The notes beneath the pieces were generated by a model that saw only the letters and a program-made list of their open reading frames with translations, searched no databases and was not told where the DNA came from. From the IMG/VR virus record IMGVR_UViG_3300048574_000442, positions 1 through 45,487 of that record: DNA of 45,487 nucleotides; one strand, 5' to 3'. Below, piece by piece: positions 8,457 through 16,865 of the stretch. Origin of the DNA: a virus. Its lineage: Duplodnaviria > Caudoviricetes. Within the stretch, counting starts at the first letter, position 1, and every line of letters starts with the position of its first letter. The position numbers were made by a program, and so were the translations under genes.

Positions 8457-10295
8457 CTAATATTGAATAAATCGCCATTCGCTTAAGTTGATTTCCTTCA
8501 CAGCCGCATTTGCATTTGTCAGGTAAAGATAAATAAGGTTATCCGCATTGGCATCGGAAACAAAAGCAAGCGATCCGACCTCGTATATGCATAACCCATC
8601 AACTAAAAATCGCAACCTGATTAAATTCGGACCCATTGGAATCGATTGAAGTTCCAAAAGTCTTACGCAATCGACGGTTATATCATAATTCAAATTGCCG
8701 GTATACTCCGATCCACCCACCTTATAACACCAGTTCATAACCGCATTAACTATTTTAAACCCCGCATATTGGTTTCCCGTCGATGGCCCAATGGTGATAT
8801 AAATAGTTTGACTGCCAGCAGTATGAAACATCACCCTGGTTTTAAATCCCCGCTTCTTTAACCATGATGGTATATTCATGGGATAAGCCATGTTTTTCTG
8901 CAAGCTGGTGGCCTGACCCGCGCTGGCCCCGGTGGTCAGCTTGCACATTCCGGTATTGACGGTGATGGCTCCACCCAGAACCGTTGCGCATCCGTTTATG
9001 CTCTCAAACTTATAGTCCCATACGATGCCGGGATGATAATACAGAAAGCCGAATTTGCTGAACCCTTCCAATTGTTGCGCCATGAACGCCCTGGAAGCGC
9101 ATTTTATCTTGGTCCAGCCGAAGCTTGCCACCTCCTGGTTGCTGGCCGAATCCGCCATGATTGCCGGAAACCCTGGAGCATCAAGGTTGGTCGTGGTAAT
9201 ATTTAAAACCGCCATATTTTCCACATCGTAATTTTTGATAAAATTTAATCTGGCCGAGTTCCCCTTCTTAAATAACCGGAACTCGCAGATATCGCCAACC
9301 TCCACAAAAACATTGGCGCTGGCCGCTTCCAAACCGCCAAATATCGAGTTTAACCACAATGTCCCGGTTTGGAGGTAAGCGCGTATCCCTAAAGTTTCAT
9401 TAATAAAAAAACACATTCCAAACAAAGAGTTTTGGGTTCTGCATTTTACGGTCAGCGCCATCTCCCAATCGCCGTAAATCGATTGATCCGCCATTAAGGA
9501 GTTATTGTCGGCCACCTGGCTCAAGTTCCTCCAGGTTGGCTTATCTTTTTCCATTCCCACAAACCAGTTCCCGGATTGAATGTCGAAATCTCGGGTCCAG
9601 ACATTGTCAAGCTTCCGTTGAAACGGATTCGGCCTATCCGCTAAAGGATCTTTCCTGACCATCCTCAAGCAATCCACGGTAAAAGCCGCGCTGGCCGAAG
9701 GCGCTCCATTGAAAATGATGTCCATCCCTTTGATTAATTGCCATCTCCCGGTTCCAACCACGGTAAAATCCGCCTTTCGAAAGGCGAAAAAATTCCACCC
9801 GTTGGTGAAGCCCGCTTTGGGCATATCGATATACAAATAATTCGCCATCGTCGGCTTGGTGTCGTTAAAAACCCTGAACCGCAATCCGCCGACCGCCATT
9901 TTGGTGATTTCCGCCGCCGCCATGTAAATATTGATGCAAATATAGTCGTTCGTATCACTTGGCTCGTAATTCTCATATTTGTCCCAGTAATCTCTGGCAT
10001 AGGGATTTTGAGGAGTGGTCATCGCGGTGCATGAACAGCCTCCCCCATCCACCCCGGATGCAACGGACATCCCCTGATACCCGGTTAAAAAGTTCACCGT
10101 GTCGTTGCCTTTCGTGCCTGTCGCGCCAATCCACGAATTGCTTGCCCATTGGTTATTGGCCTCAAAATCCTCGATGATAAAAACGTTATAGCGGTATTCA
10201 TAAAGCAATGATTCAAAAATGTCGGTATAGGCCGAAAGATTATTGTTAATTTGGGCTCTTACTTGCGCCCCCGTGCCATTATTGATATTCCCCAT
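8457..10295 (-). CDS. Tail fibre / receptor-binding protein with lectin-like beta-sandwich domains
   Basis: Follows J; N-terminal GAQVRAQINNN motif; beta-rich with GWN and VDCLR carbohydrate-binding-module-like motifs. Confidence 0.65.
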   Translation of the reverse strand: MGNINNGTGAQVRAQINNNLSAYTDIFESLLYEYRYNVFIIEDFEANNQWASNSWIGATGTKGNDTVNFLTGYQGMSVASGVDGGGCSCTAMTTPQNPYARDYWDKYENYEPSDTNDYICINIYMAAAEITKMAVGGLRFRVFNDTKPTMANYLYIDMPKAGFTNGWNFFAFRKADFTVVGTGRWQLIKGMDIIFNGAPSASAAFTVDCLRMVRKDPLADRPNPFQRKLDNVWTRDFDIQSGNWFVGMEKDKPTWRNLSQVADNNSLMADQSIYGDWEMALTVKCRTQNSLFGMCFFINETLGIRAYLQTGTLWLNSIFGGLEAASANVFVEVGDICEFRLFKKGNSARLNFIKNYDVENMAVLNITTTNLDAPGFPAIMADSASNQEVASFGWTKIKCASRAFMAQQLEGFSKFGFLYYHPGIVWDYKFESINGCATVLGGAITVNTGMCKLTTGASAGQATSLQKNMAYPMNIPSWLKKRGFKTRVMFHTAGSQTIYITIGPSTGNQYAGFKIVNAVMNWCYKVGGSEYTGNLNYDITVDCVRLLELQSIPMGPNLIRLRFLVDGLCIYEVGSLAFVSDANADNLIYLYLTNANAAVKEINLSEWRFIQY

Positions 10296-10314
10296 GAAAC
10301 TATCCTTTCTGTGG

Positions 10315-13300
10315 TTAAAATGATTTGGCGGTCCAGTTTACCACCCGCTCGACACCATTCCCGTTAATATCAAATACTTGAAGCCAAAAACCGGCAAGGG
10401 TCACCAGGGTTCGCGGGATGATGAGTTGATCGCCGACATAGGTGTCAAGCATCACGGCCTGGATTGAAGGTATATCATGAAAGACAATATTAAACGGAAC
10501 CTGGATGCCGCTGGCAGGCACTCTGATTTGCCCTTTATCCGTTTTATCCGGCATATTGATAGTCAGATGAAATTCGCTCATCACCGGGGAAACATCGGGA
10601 TGGGCGCTGGTTAAAACCGCCCGGAAATCAAACTTTCTTCCCTGGCAATAGCCATCGACGAACGGAAGCCAGTCGCCCCAATCCGAGCCATCGTGAATCC
10701 TGAACTCGATTCCCACGCTGGCGTAAAAAGTCGGATCTCCAACAAACCCAGCCGCCGCTTCCACCATATAAGATACATTAGCCGATAATTTACAGTTTTC
10801 CACCTTCCCCATGTCCGGGATATGTTCCGGCGGAATATTGTAATATCCGGGGGAAACAATATTCCCCAAAAAATCAAGGTCGGCAATGGTGTCAAAATCG
10901 GAAACGTCATCAATCAATATATCCCCCTGCAGCCGGAGGCACCGTTCGGAAAGCACGCAGTCAGAAAGAGTCCCCTTCCAACTGGAAGCGGACTCGTAGT
11001 ATTCCTTCTGAACATCCATGACGATTGTGTTCCCGCTGGTGACCACCAGAATGTCCACCGGCTCCGGCGAATACATCGCTTTGTAATAGGCCGCGATCCA
11101 GTACCTTCCCGGCCCGGTGCCGGTCATTTGCAGCCCGACAGCTTTGTTGATAACCGCCGCAGTATTCCAGTCACTGCCTTTTCTTACTTCATAATAAACC
11201 GGCCTTAAATCATTCAACGGGTCCCAAGTCAGGATTAAAAGCTCGCCATTGTAATACGCGTTAAACCCGGTCACATTCGGCAGAGGCGGCTCGCCATGGG
11301 TTGTATAGTCCGTGGCGGTGCTGACATAATCATTGCCAAACCCATCCAGAGTGGTAACCTTGATCACGTAAGTCTTCATCACATTAATCGGAATTGAAAT
11401 GGAGTTTTCGCTAACCTTCGCTTCGCCAACCTTTTTCCCGTCAAACTCAACGCGCGCCCCATAGTATTGGCTTCTGGGCGGAGTCCATAAAAGGTCGACA
11501 TATTGCTGGCCCAAATCATCCCGGTGTTCGGAAACCATTAAATTAATCACCCCGGTCACCGCCGCATATTGCAAATTAGGAATATCGGCGGCGTCCTCAT
11601 AGATGGCTTCAATATATTCAATCCCGGTTAGTTTCCTTCGCAGGTCGCCATCCCTCGTAATGGAGATGATCCGAAACGGTTTCGCGTAAATGCTGGTTTG
11701 CCCGATGGCGTACAGCCAATCTTTTTGGGGAATTTTATCCGCCGGAAACGGAGTTGATACCTTTAAAACCGGACCCGTGAGATTTAGATTACCATCAAAT
11801 TCAAGTTTAAACAAAGTGTTGCCGTCACTCGGTAAGGGATTGCTAAGATCCATCGCCTCCGTCCTGCATATATTGGATACCCGAATATCATCATGATAAC
11901 CGTTGAAATATGCGGTTGCGATACTGGTATCCCGGAAACATCCCAAAGAGCAATCCGTAAACCGCGCTGGCAATTTCATGCCGCCAAATTGAGCCGTCAA
12001 CGAAACCTGCCCCAGTAAAGCCTTGGTGGCCATGCTCCATAGCTCTAATTTCGCAATGGACGCGCTCCACGACATTCGGTAGCGATACCATCCGTCGGAA
12101 CTCCACAGCGAAGGACTCAAATAGGCGGTATTGGTATTGCCGTCGCTTCCCTTGATGGTAAGGTATAAATAATTTGAATTCTGATCGACCAACAAGCCTA
12201 AAACCGTGTCGGTTTCATCGTTTATTGAAAATATCTTCCGGGTCATATTACCGCCCGAAGTATAGCGAGATTGGGGCGAACTATAAAATAATCCTTCCAC
12301 GGTTCCCTGATTGATATCCATCCCCTCGGCGGGTATCGCGATAAACTCTGGATCTCTGGCATCCTTGGTCCAAGTGGTGGGGTTCCGTTTCAATTCAATC
12401 ATGGGACGCCATAAAAAAACATCAACACCATCGGAAGTGGTGTTGGTTGAAATTTTCAGATCGATGGCTCCGGTCCCGTTGCCATTGACCCGGACGATAT
12501 ACCAGCCCACCGAGCCGGGATTGATATAGGCCGTGCCATATAAAGACCCGATGATTACCGCGCTTGTTCCAATATTCTTAACCCAAACGGACGCGGTATA
12601 CCGTTGATTCAAAACACTTGGGTTCACAATATTGGGCAGGGAATATTTCAATCCCGTCGGGGTATTGCCATTTACAGTGATTTGGATTCGGGTGGCATCC
12701 AGCGCCCCCCATTCCGGCACAACTTGGTTTTGGGTGGCCACCACACTAGCGTTGGGTTCCACCAACCATCCGGTTTCAAACTTCTGCCCGGACAAGGGAA
12801 TGATATTGGCCGTCCCTTCCTCAATCATGATCCCCTGGCCAAAAGGCGAACCTGGATACCAGGGGACCCCCGACGCTATCAGGTTCCCGACATCATCATA
12901 CCGGGGAGTATTCCTTGAAAAACTTGTTTCAATGGCCAGATCCTTCACAATCAGTTCATCGGTGTTCGAATTCCGAAGCGCAATTTGATAGTTGACGCCA
13001 CCGGCCAAATCCGGAACCCGATCAACCGTTACTGAATTTGTGGTGCCGGATACCACTCTGCCGCCGATGCCCCAGTTGGGCAATTGATGCTGAACCAAAA
13101 CCACATCCCCGATGCAACAAGCGATGGCATCAACATCGGCGCACCACGAAGCGGTCCTTCTCACGTTTTCGGTGATATTCATCGTGAACCGGCCTTCGCG
13201 ATAAGCCTGTTCGTAATTGTCGCACCCGTATAAAGTAAGTTGGGTCGGGTTCGGGTTTTCGATGTCGTAATTGGTGCCGGGAACTAAAATCGTGCTTCTT

Positions 13301-15507
13301 TCATAGTTTCGATCCTTGTCAAAGTAAGTCACCTCGACGCAATTCGCCCGGTCCCTGGTATCCGCGAATTGCTCTGAGAAAGAATCCGCCTTGATGTTGG
13401 AAATGGTAAAAAGCTGGACTGGGTTGGAAGCAGAGTCCCAAACACAACTGTATTTGGTCCCTTTGATGATCACCTTGCCCCGGCCCAGCCTCTCAATCGA
13501 CTTTAAGGTGTCCCATAAGCTATTCACCGTATCAAGCAATAGATTCACGGCGCATCGCTTGGAGTCACAAAAATCGGCCCAGTTTTGAAACGCCTGGAAA
13601 TCGATCCGGGGGGCCGCGACGCCCTTGAAAACATAGGTCCAGGCCCCGGTATGAATATCCTTCAATAACCTGCAATAATGGATTAAATCATAGCAGGCCC
13701 AGGCCGGGTTGTCGGCCCTTTTTTGGACATAGGAGTTGGTGTTGGGGTTCCACACATAAACATATGTCCGGGTCTGGAGCCAGGTAACCGTCGGCTGGCT
13801 GCCGGATAATTGGTCGGTGGCCAGCGCCTTAACGCCGAGTAATACTTTATTTGGCCTCGCAAAATCATCATACATGATATGGGACAGGCAGGACCAAAAC
13901 AGATCATGGGCGTCGCCGGTCCCGGAATATTGGAGATAGGTGCAAAGGCACCGGACATCATATTGCCCCATCGGCAGATGATCCAGCCGGTAAACCCGCC
14001 GAAAAGCCTTTTTGTATTCCCCGGCGACGGTATATTCCGCCCAATCCAGCCAATCGGCGGTGGAATGCAGTTTATATTGGATCTTGATTCGGGCGGTATT
14101 GCCGCCGCTATTGCCGTCGGAATCCATATGGAACAAACCGGCGGGGAAGTCGAAGGCGGCCTCAAGGCCCGAACCGCCATCCCCGACGGTGGTTTCGGTG
14201 GGCCAATTGCTGTATATACTTAAATCATCCAGGTAAAAAGTCGCATTATGAATGTTTTGGAAGATTTCAATCCCGGCCCGGATCTCGGTGACGGAAAAAT
14301 CCATGGTCACCGTGGCCGATAGTTTCTGCCATTGATCATAGGCGGTGGGCAGGGTGCTTCCGGTAACATGGACCAATCCGCCATAGGTTTGGCTTAAAAA
14401 CAAGTTGACTTTGGACAGTTCGATCCCGGAATCGCCGGGGATATAGACCCATCCCTCGAAGGTATATTGAAGTCCGGCCATCAGATTATTCAGGCTGCCG
14501 CCAGCGCCTAATAAAAACTGCCGGTAGGTAGTATCACGGGCGCTAGTGGTAATCGCTATACTTTTGGAACCGTTGTGCTTGATGCCCCCGGTGATGCCGA
14601 CCGAACAATCAATGGTTTCATTCGCCCCGTTCATGGAAGGAACGTCATTCTCGCAGTCCCAGCTCATATTCCCGTTCCAATCCAGCTTATAGCTTATGAA
14701 TTGGTCGGAATAGACATCCCCGAAGTTCGGCACCGGCAATTGATCATTGGTGCCACCCCGCAGATACACGGTGGTTCCCTCATAGTTTTCCACAGGGTTG
14801 TCATTGATTTTAATATCGGTGATACCGGCGCAAAACGAATCCTCACCGGTTCCGGAAACATCGATGCCGCCCTCGCCGCCGCAGAGCAGGATGTTGAGAT
14901 ATTGTTTCTCGCCGTCCGTGGTGATATGTTGCGCGATTAACTGTCCCGCCGTCCGCACGGTCCCGAAAGTGAGTTGAATCGCGTTTCCGGCCCCCTGGAG
15001 AGGCCGCAACGGACCCCAGCCATAGGTGGGGCTGTCCTGGTTCAAGTCGGAATCCGGCGGCGGAAATAATTGCTGCAGGAGTTGGCCCCCCACATAAGCG
15101 GTGGCCAGCGCCGCCGCCCAGGCCCAAAATCCCCATCCGGCCATCCCGGCCGCAGCAGCCGCCCCGCCCATGGCTCCATATTGGACCAGATTTCCGATCC
15201 CCATGGTAAACATCGACAGGACAACCGACGCCACCATCGCCCACATTTGTTTGCTCTCCTTGTCACCGCCACCGTGAAGCACGGGAACCAGCGACATGGT
15301 ATCATTGGGAGCCGGGATCAGGCAGTAACATTCCTGGACCTCAATATGCCGGTTGTTATGGACGACATCGAACTCCTCCGGGGCGATCTCGGTAATTTCC
15401 TTGATATACTTGGAGATCGGCGCATCCGGCATATATTCGATGGCCGTTATTTGGCGGTCGGTTTTAAAAGGGTTTTTATGATAGGAAACCGTTATTTTTT
15501 TATCCAT
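10315..15507 (-). CDS. Tail tip / host-specificity protein (lambda I-J fusion type) with inserted carbohydrate-binding domains
   Basis: N-terminal ubiquitin-like I part (VPVLHGGG); SPTYGW..FG.VR; ADNPAW..YD; C-terminal FN3-like domains; follows M/L/K. Confidence 0.9.
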   Translation of the reverse strand: MDKKITVSYHKNPFKTDRQITAIEYMPDAPISKYIKEITEIAPEEFDVVHNNRHIEVQECYCLIPAPNDTMSLVPVLHGGGDKESKQMWAMVASVVLSMFTMGIGNLVQYGAMGGAAAAAGMAGWGFWAWAAALATAYVGGQLLQQLFPPPDSDLNQDSPTYGWGPLRPLQGAGNAIQLTFGTVRTAGQLIAQHITTDGEKQYLNILLCGGEGGIDVSGTGEDSFCAGITDIKINDNPVENYEGTTVYLRGGTNDQLPVPNFGDVYSDQFISYKLDWNGNMSWDCENDVPSMNGANETIDCSVGITGGIKHNGSKSIAITTSARDTTYRQFLLGAGGSLNNLMAGLQYTFEGWVYIPGDSGIELSKVNLFLSQTYGGLVHVTGSTLPTAYDQWQKLSATVTMDFSVTEIRAGIEIFQNIHNATFYLDDLSIYSNWPTETTVGDGGSGLEAAFDFPAGLFHMDSDGNSGGNTARIKIQYKLHSTADWLDWAEYTVAGEYKKAFRRVYRLDHLPMGQYDVRCLCTYLQYSGTGDAHDLFWSCLSHIMYDDFARPNKVLLGVKALATDQLSGSQPTVTWLQTRTYVYVWNPNTNSYVQKRADNPAWACYDLIHYCRLLKDIHTGAWTYVFKGVAAPRIDFQAFQNWADFCDSKRCAVNLLLDTVNSLWDTLKSIERLGRGKVIIKGTKYSCVWDSASNPVQLFTISNIKADSFSEQFADTRDRANCVEVTYFDKDRNYERSTILVPGTNYDIENPNPTQLTLYGCDNYEQAYREGRFTMNITENVRRTASWCADVDAIACCIGDVVLVQHQLPNWGIGGRVVSGTTNSVTVDRVPDLAGGVNYQIALRNSNTDELIVKDLAIETSFSRNTPRYDDVGNLIASGVPWYPGSPFGQGIMIEEGTANIIPLSGQKFETGWLVEPNASVVATQNQVVPEWGALDATRIQITVNGNTPTGLKYSLPNIVNPSVLNQRYTASVWVKNIGTSAVIIGSLYGTAYINPGSVGWYIVRVNGNGTGAIDLKISTNTTSDGVDVFLWRPMIELKRNPTTWTKDARDPEFIAIPAEGMDINQGTVEGLFYSSPQSRYTSGGNMTRKIFSINDETDTVLGLLVDQNSNYLYLTIKGSDGNTNTAYLSPSLWSSDGWYRYRMSWSASIAKLELWSMATKALLGQVSLTAQFGGMKLPARFTDCSLGCFRDTSIATAYFNGYHDDIRVSNICRTEAMDLSNPLPSDGNTLFKLEFDGNLNLTGPVLKVSTPFPADKIPQKDWLYAIGQTSIYAKPFRIISITRDGDLRRKLTGIEYIEAIYEDAADIPNLQYAAVTGVINLMVSEHRDDLGQQYVDLLWTPPRSQYYGARVEFDGKKVGEAKVSENSISIPINVMKTYVIKVTTLDGFGNDYVSTATDYTTHGEPPLPNVTGFNAYYNGELLILTWDPLNDLRPVYYEVRKGSDWNTAAVINKAVGLQMTGTGPGRYWIAAYYKAMYSPEPVDILVVTSGNTIVMDVQKEYYESASSWKGTLSDCVLSERCLRLQGDILIDDVSDFDTIADLDFLGNIVSPGYYNIPPEHIPDMGKVENCKLSANVSYMVEAAAGFVGDPTFYASVGIEFRIHDGSDWGDWLPFVDGYCQGRKFDFRAVLTSAHPDVSPVMSEFHLTINMPDKTDKGQIRVPASGIQVPFNIVFHDIPSIQAVMLDTYVGDQLIIPRTLVTLAGFWLQVFDINGNGVERVVNWTAKSF

Positions 15508-15901
15508 TTATCTCACCGCAATATCGCAAGAATCCTTCGATCACTTTTCTCCAGTAGGGATGATCCAGGGATTCAATGCAAGCTCCGATATTCTCCCTGG
15601 TATGAATGAACCGGCCCGCTCCAATATAGGTCCCGACATGATTGCAAAACACCGCTTGGTTAAACCGGAACACGATTAACACCGGGGGAACCTCCGGGAA
15701 CTTGATTTCTTCCCAGTAGATCTTTTGGCTCCGGTAGGTCTGGTCGATCAATTGTGAATCATGGCAGTGAATCCGGTAATCCGGGAGCCAGATTCCGAAT
15801 CTCCCGAAAACCTCAAGGGTCAGCCCCCAGCAATCGTATTTGTCCGGCCCTCTGCCGTTATTTTCAAATTCTTTGCCGATTAAATCGGCCACGCTAAACA
15901 T
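15500..15901 (-). CDS. NlpC/P60 tail assembly protein (lambda K-like)
   Basis: GRGPDKYDCWGL, NHVGTYIG and FIH motifs. Confidence 0.9.
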   Translation of the reverse strand: MFSVADLIGKEFENNGRGPDKYDCWGLTLEVFGRFGIWLPDYRIHCHDSQLIDQTYRSQKIYWEEIKFPEVPPVLIVFRFNQAVFCNHVGTYIGAGRFIHTRENIGACIESLDHPYWRKVIEGFLRYCGEING

Positions 15902-16496
15902 AGATGCCTCCTGGGAGCGCCGGTTCCCCGCCGAACCGCGCGGCGTTATTTAGCTCCCGGCACCGGACCAGAGTTTTGGAACACGCTGTTTCCGGGCCGT
16001 TATAGCCACATTCCGCATCTTTAAACGCATAAGGACAAAAGTCTTTCAGATACCGGCGCAGCGGGAGCCGCCGCATCAATGTGAAGTCGCCGCCCAGGGT
16101 GAAGGTCGCCCAATAGGCGTCCGTGGTCACCATCTGGACGGCGAAGGTTTCCTCGATTTCCGCCGTCCCCAGGTCCAGGTGTCCGGAATGAACCACCCGC
16201 AAAATAACGGTGCTATCAGTCCCCCCGTTGGTCTGCTCCAGGTATTGTTGCAAAATCCCTGAGATATTCGACACCTTCAGGGTCAGCCGGGGAATTTCCT
16301 TGCCATCCTCCGATATCTCCCCCAATTGAAAGGGGAAGGCGACCCATGTGTGCCCTCCCCAATCAATGTTCTCGTTGTTATGAACTATCCTGACGGTTAT
16401 GGCGGGGCTGACAATGATTTCGAGCAGGATCAGCCACACCCCGGTGGAGGAAACCTTGTTCTTTTCCAAAATCGCCGCTGGTGAAAGTGTGAGCAT
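15894..16496 (-). CDS. Minor tail protein (lambda L-like)
   Basis: VAFPF, LKVSN, and C-terminal Cys cluster C..ECGY..CSKT..C..RFGG. Confidence 0.88.
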   Translation of the reverse strand: MLTLSPAAILEKNKVSSTGVWLILLEIIVSPAITVRIVHNNENIDWGGHTWVAFPFQLGEISEDGKEIPRLTLKVSNISGILQQYLEQTNGGTDSTVILRVVHSGHLDLGTAEIEETFAVQMVTTDAYWATFTLGGDFTLMRRLPLRRYLKDFCPYAFKDAECGYNGPETACSKTLVRCRELNNAARFGGEPALPGGIYV

Positions 16497-16859
16497 TTAC
16501 GCCTCCTCCAAAGTTATTTCCACCTCCCACAGCGCCACCACTGAATTGGAAAACTTGGGCGGGGAGGCAAAACGGACGTTAAAGGTCTGGTTATAAAATT
16601 CAGAGCTTGGATTGTCGCAGGTCCAGGTGAAAATTTCGCTGCAGCCTTTGACCGTGTCCCGATAAAATGTCATCAAGGCGGATTTATCGGATTTCGACAG
16701 CGATTTCCAGCGCAACGAAAAAGAAAGACGCGATTTCGTGAACCGCGCCCTGCTAATCATGGAGCCATCTTCCTGCTGGCTTTGAATTCCGGGGTCTTCC
16801 GGAGTTTCATCATAGGGATAAACCGGCTTGGCGATGGCCGGAAATGGAGGATAAGCCAA
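16497..16859 (-). CDS. Distal tail protein (lambda M-like)
   Basis: Position after the tape measure; FTW, VRF and terminal LEE motifs. Confidence 0.75.
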   Translation of the reverse strand: MAYPPFPAIAKPVYPYDETPEDPGIQSQQEDGSMISRARFTKSRLSFSLRWKSLSKSDKSALMTFYRDTVKGCSEIFTWTCDNPSSEFYNQTFNVRFASPPKFSNSVVALWEVEITLEEA

Positions 16860-16865
16860 TGAAAA

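Noticed and set aside
8457-15507. Diversity-generating retroelement or invertible tail-fibre cassette
   Set aside because: No reverse transcriptase or serine invertase in the window, and I saw no template/variable repeat pair.
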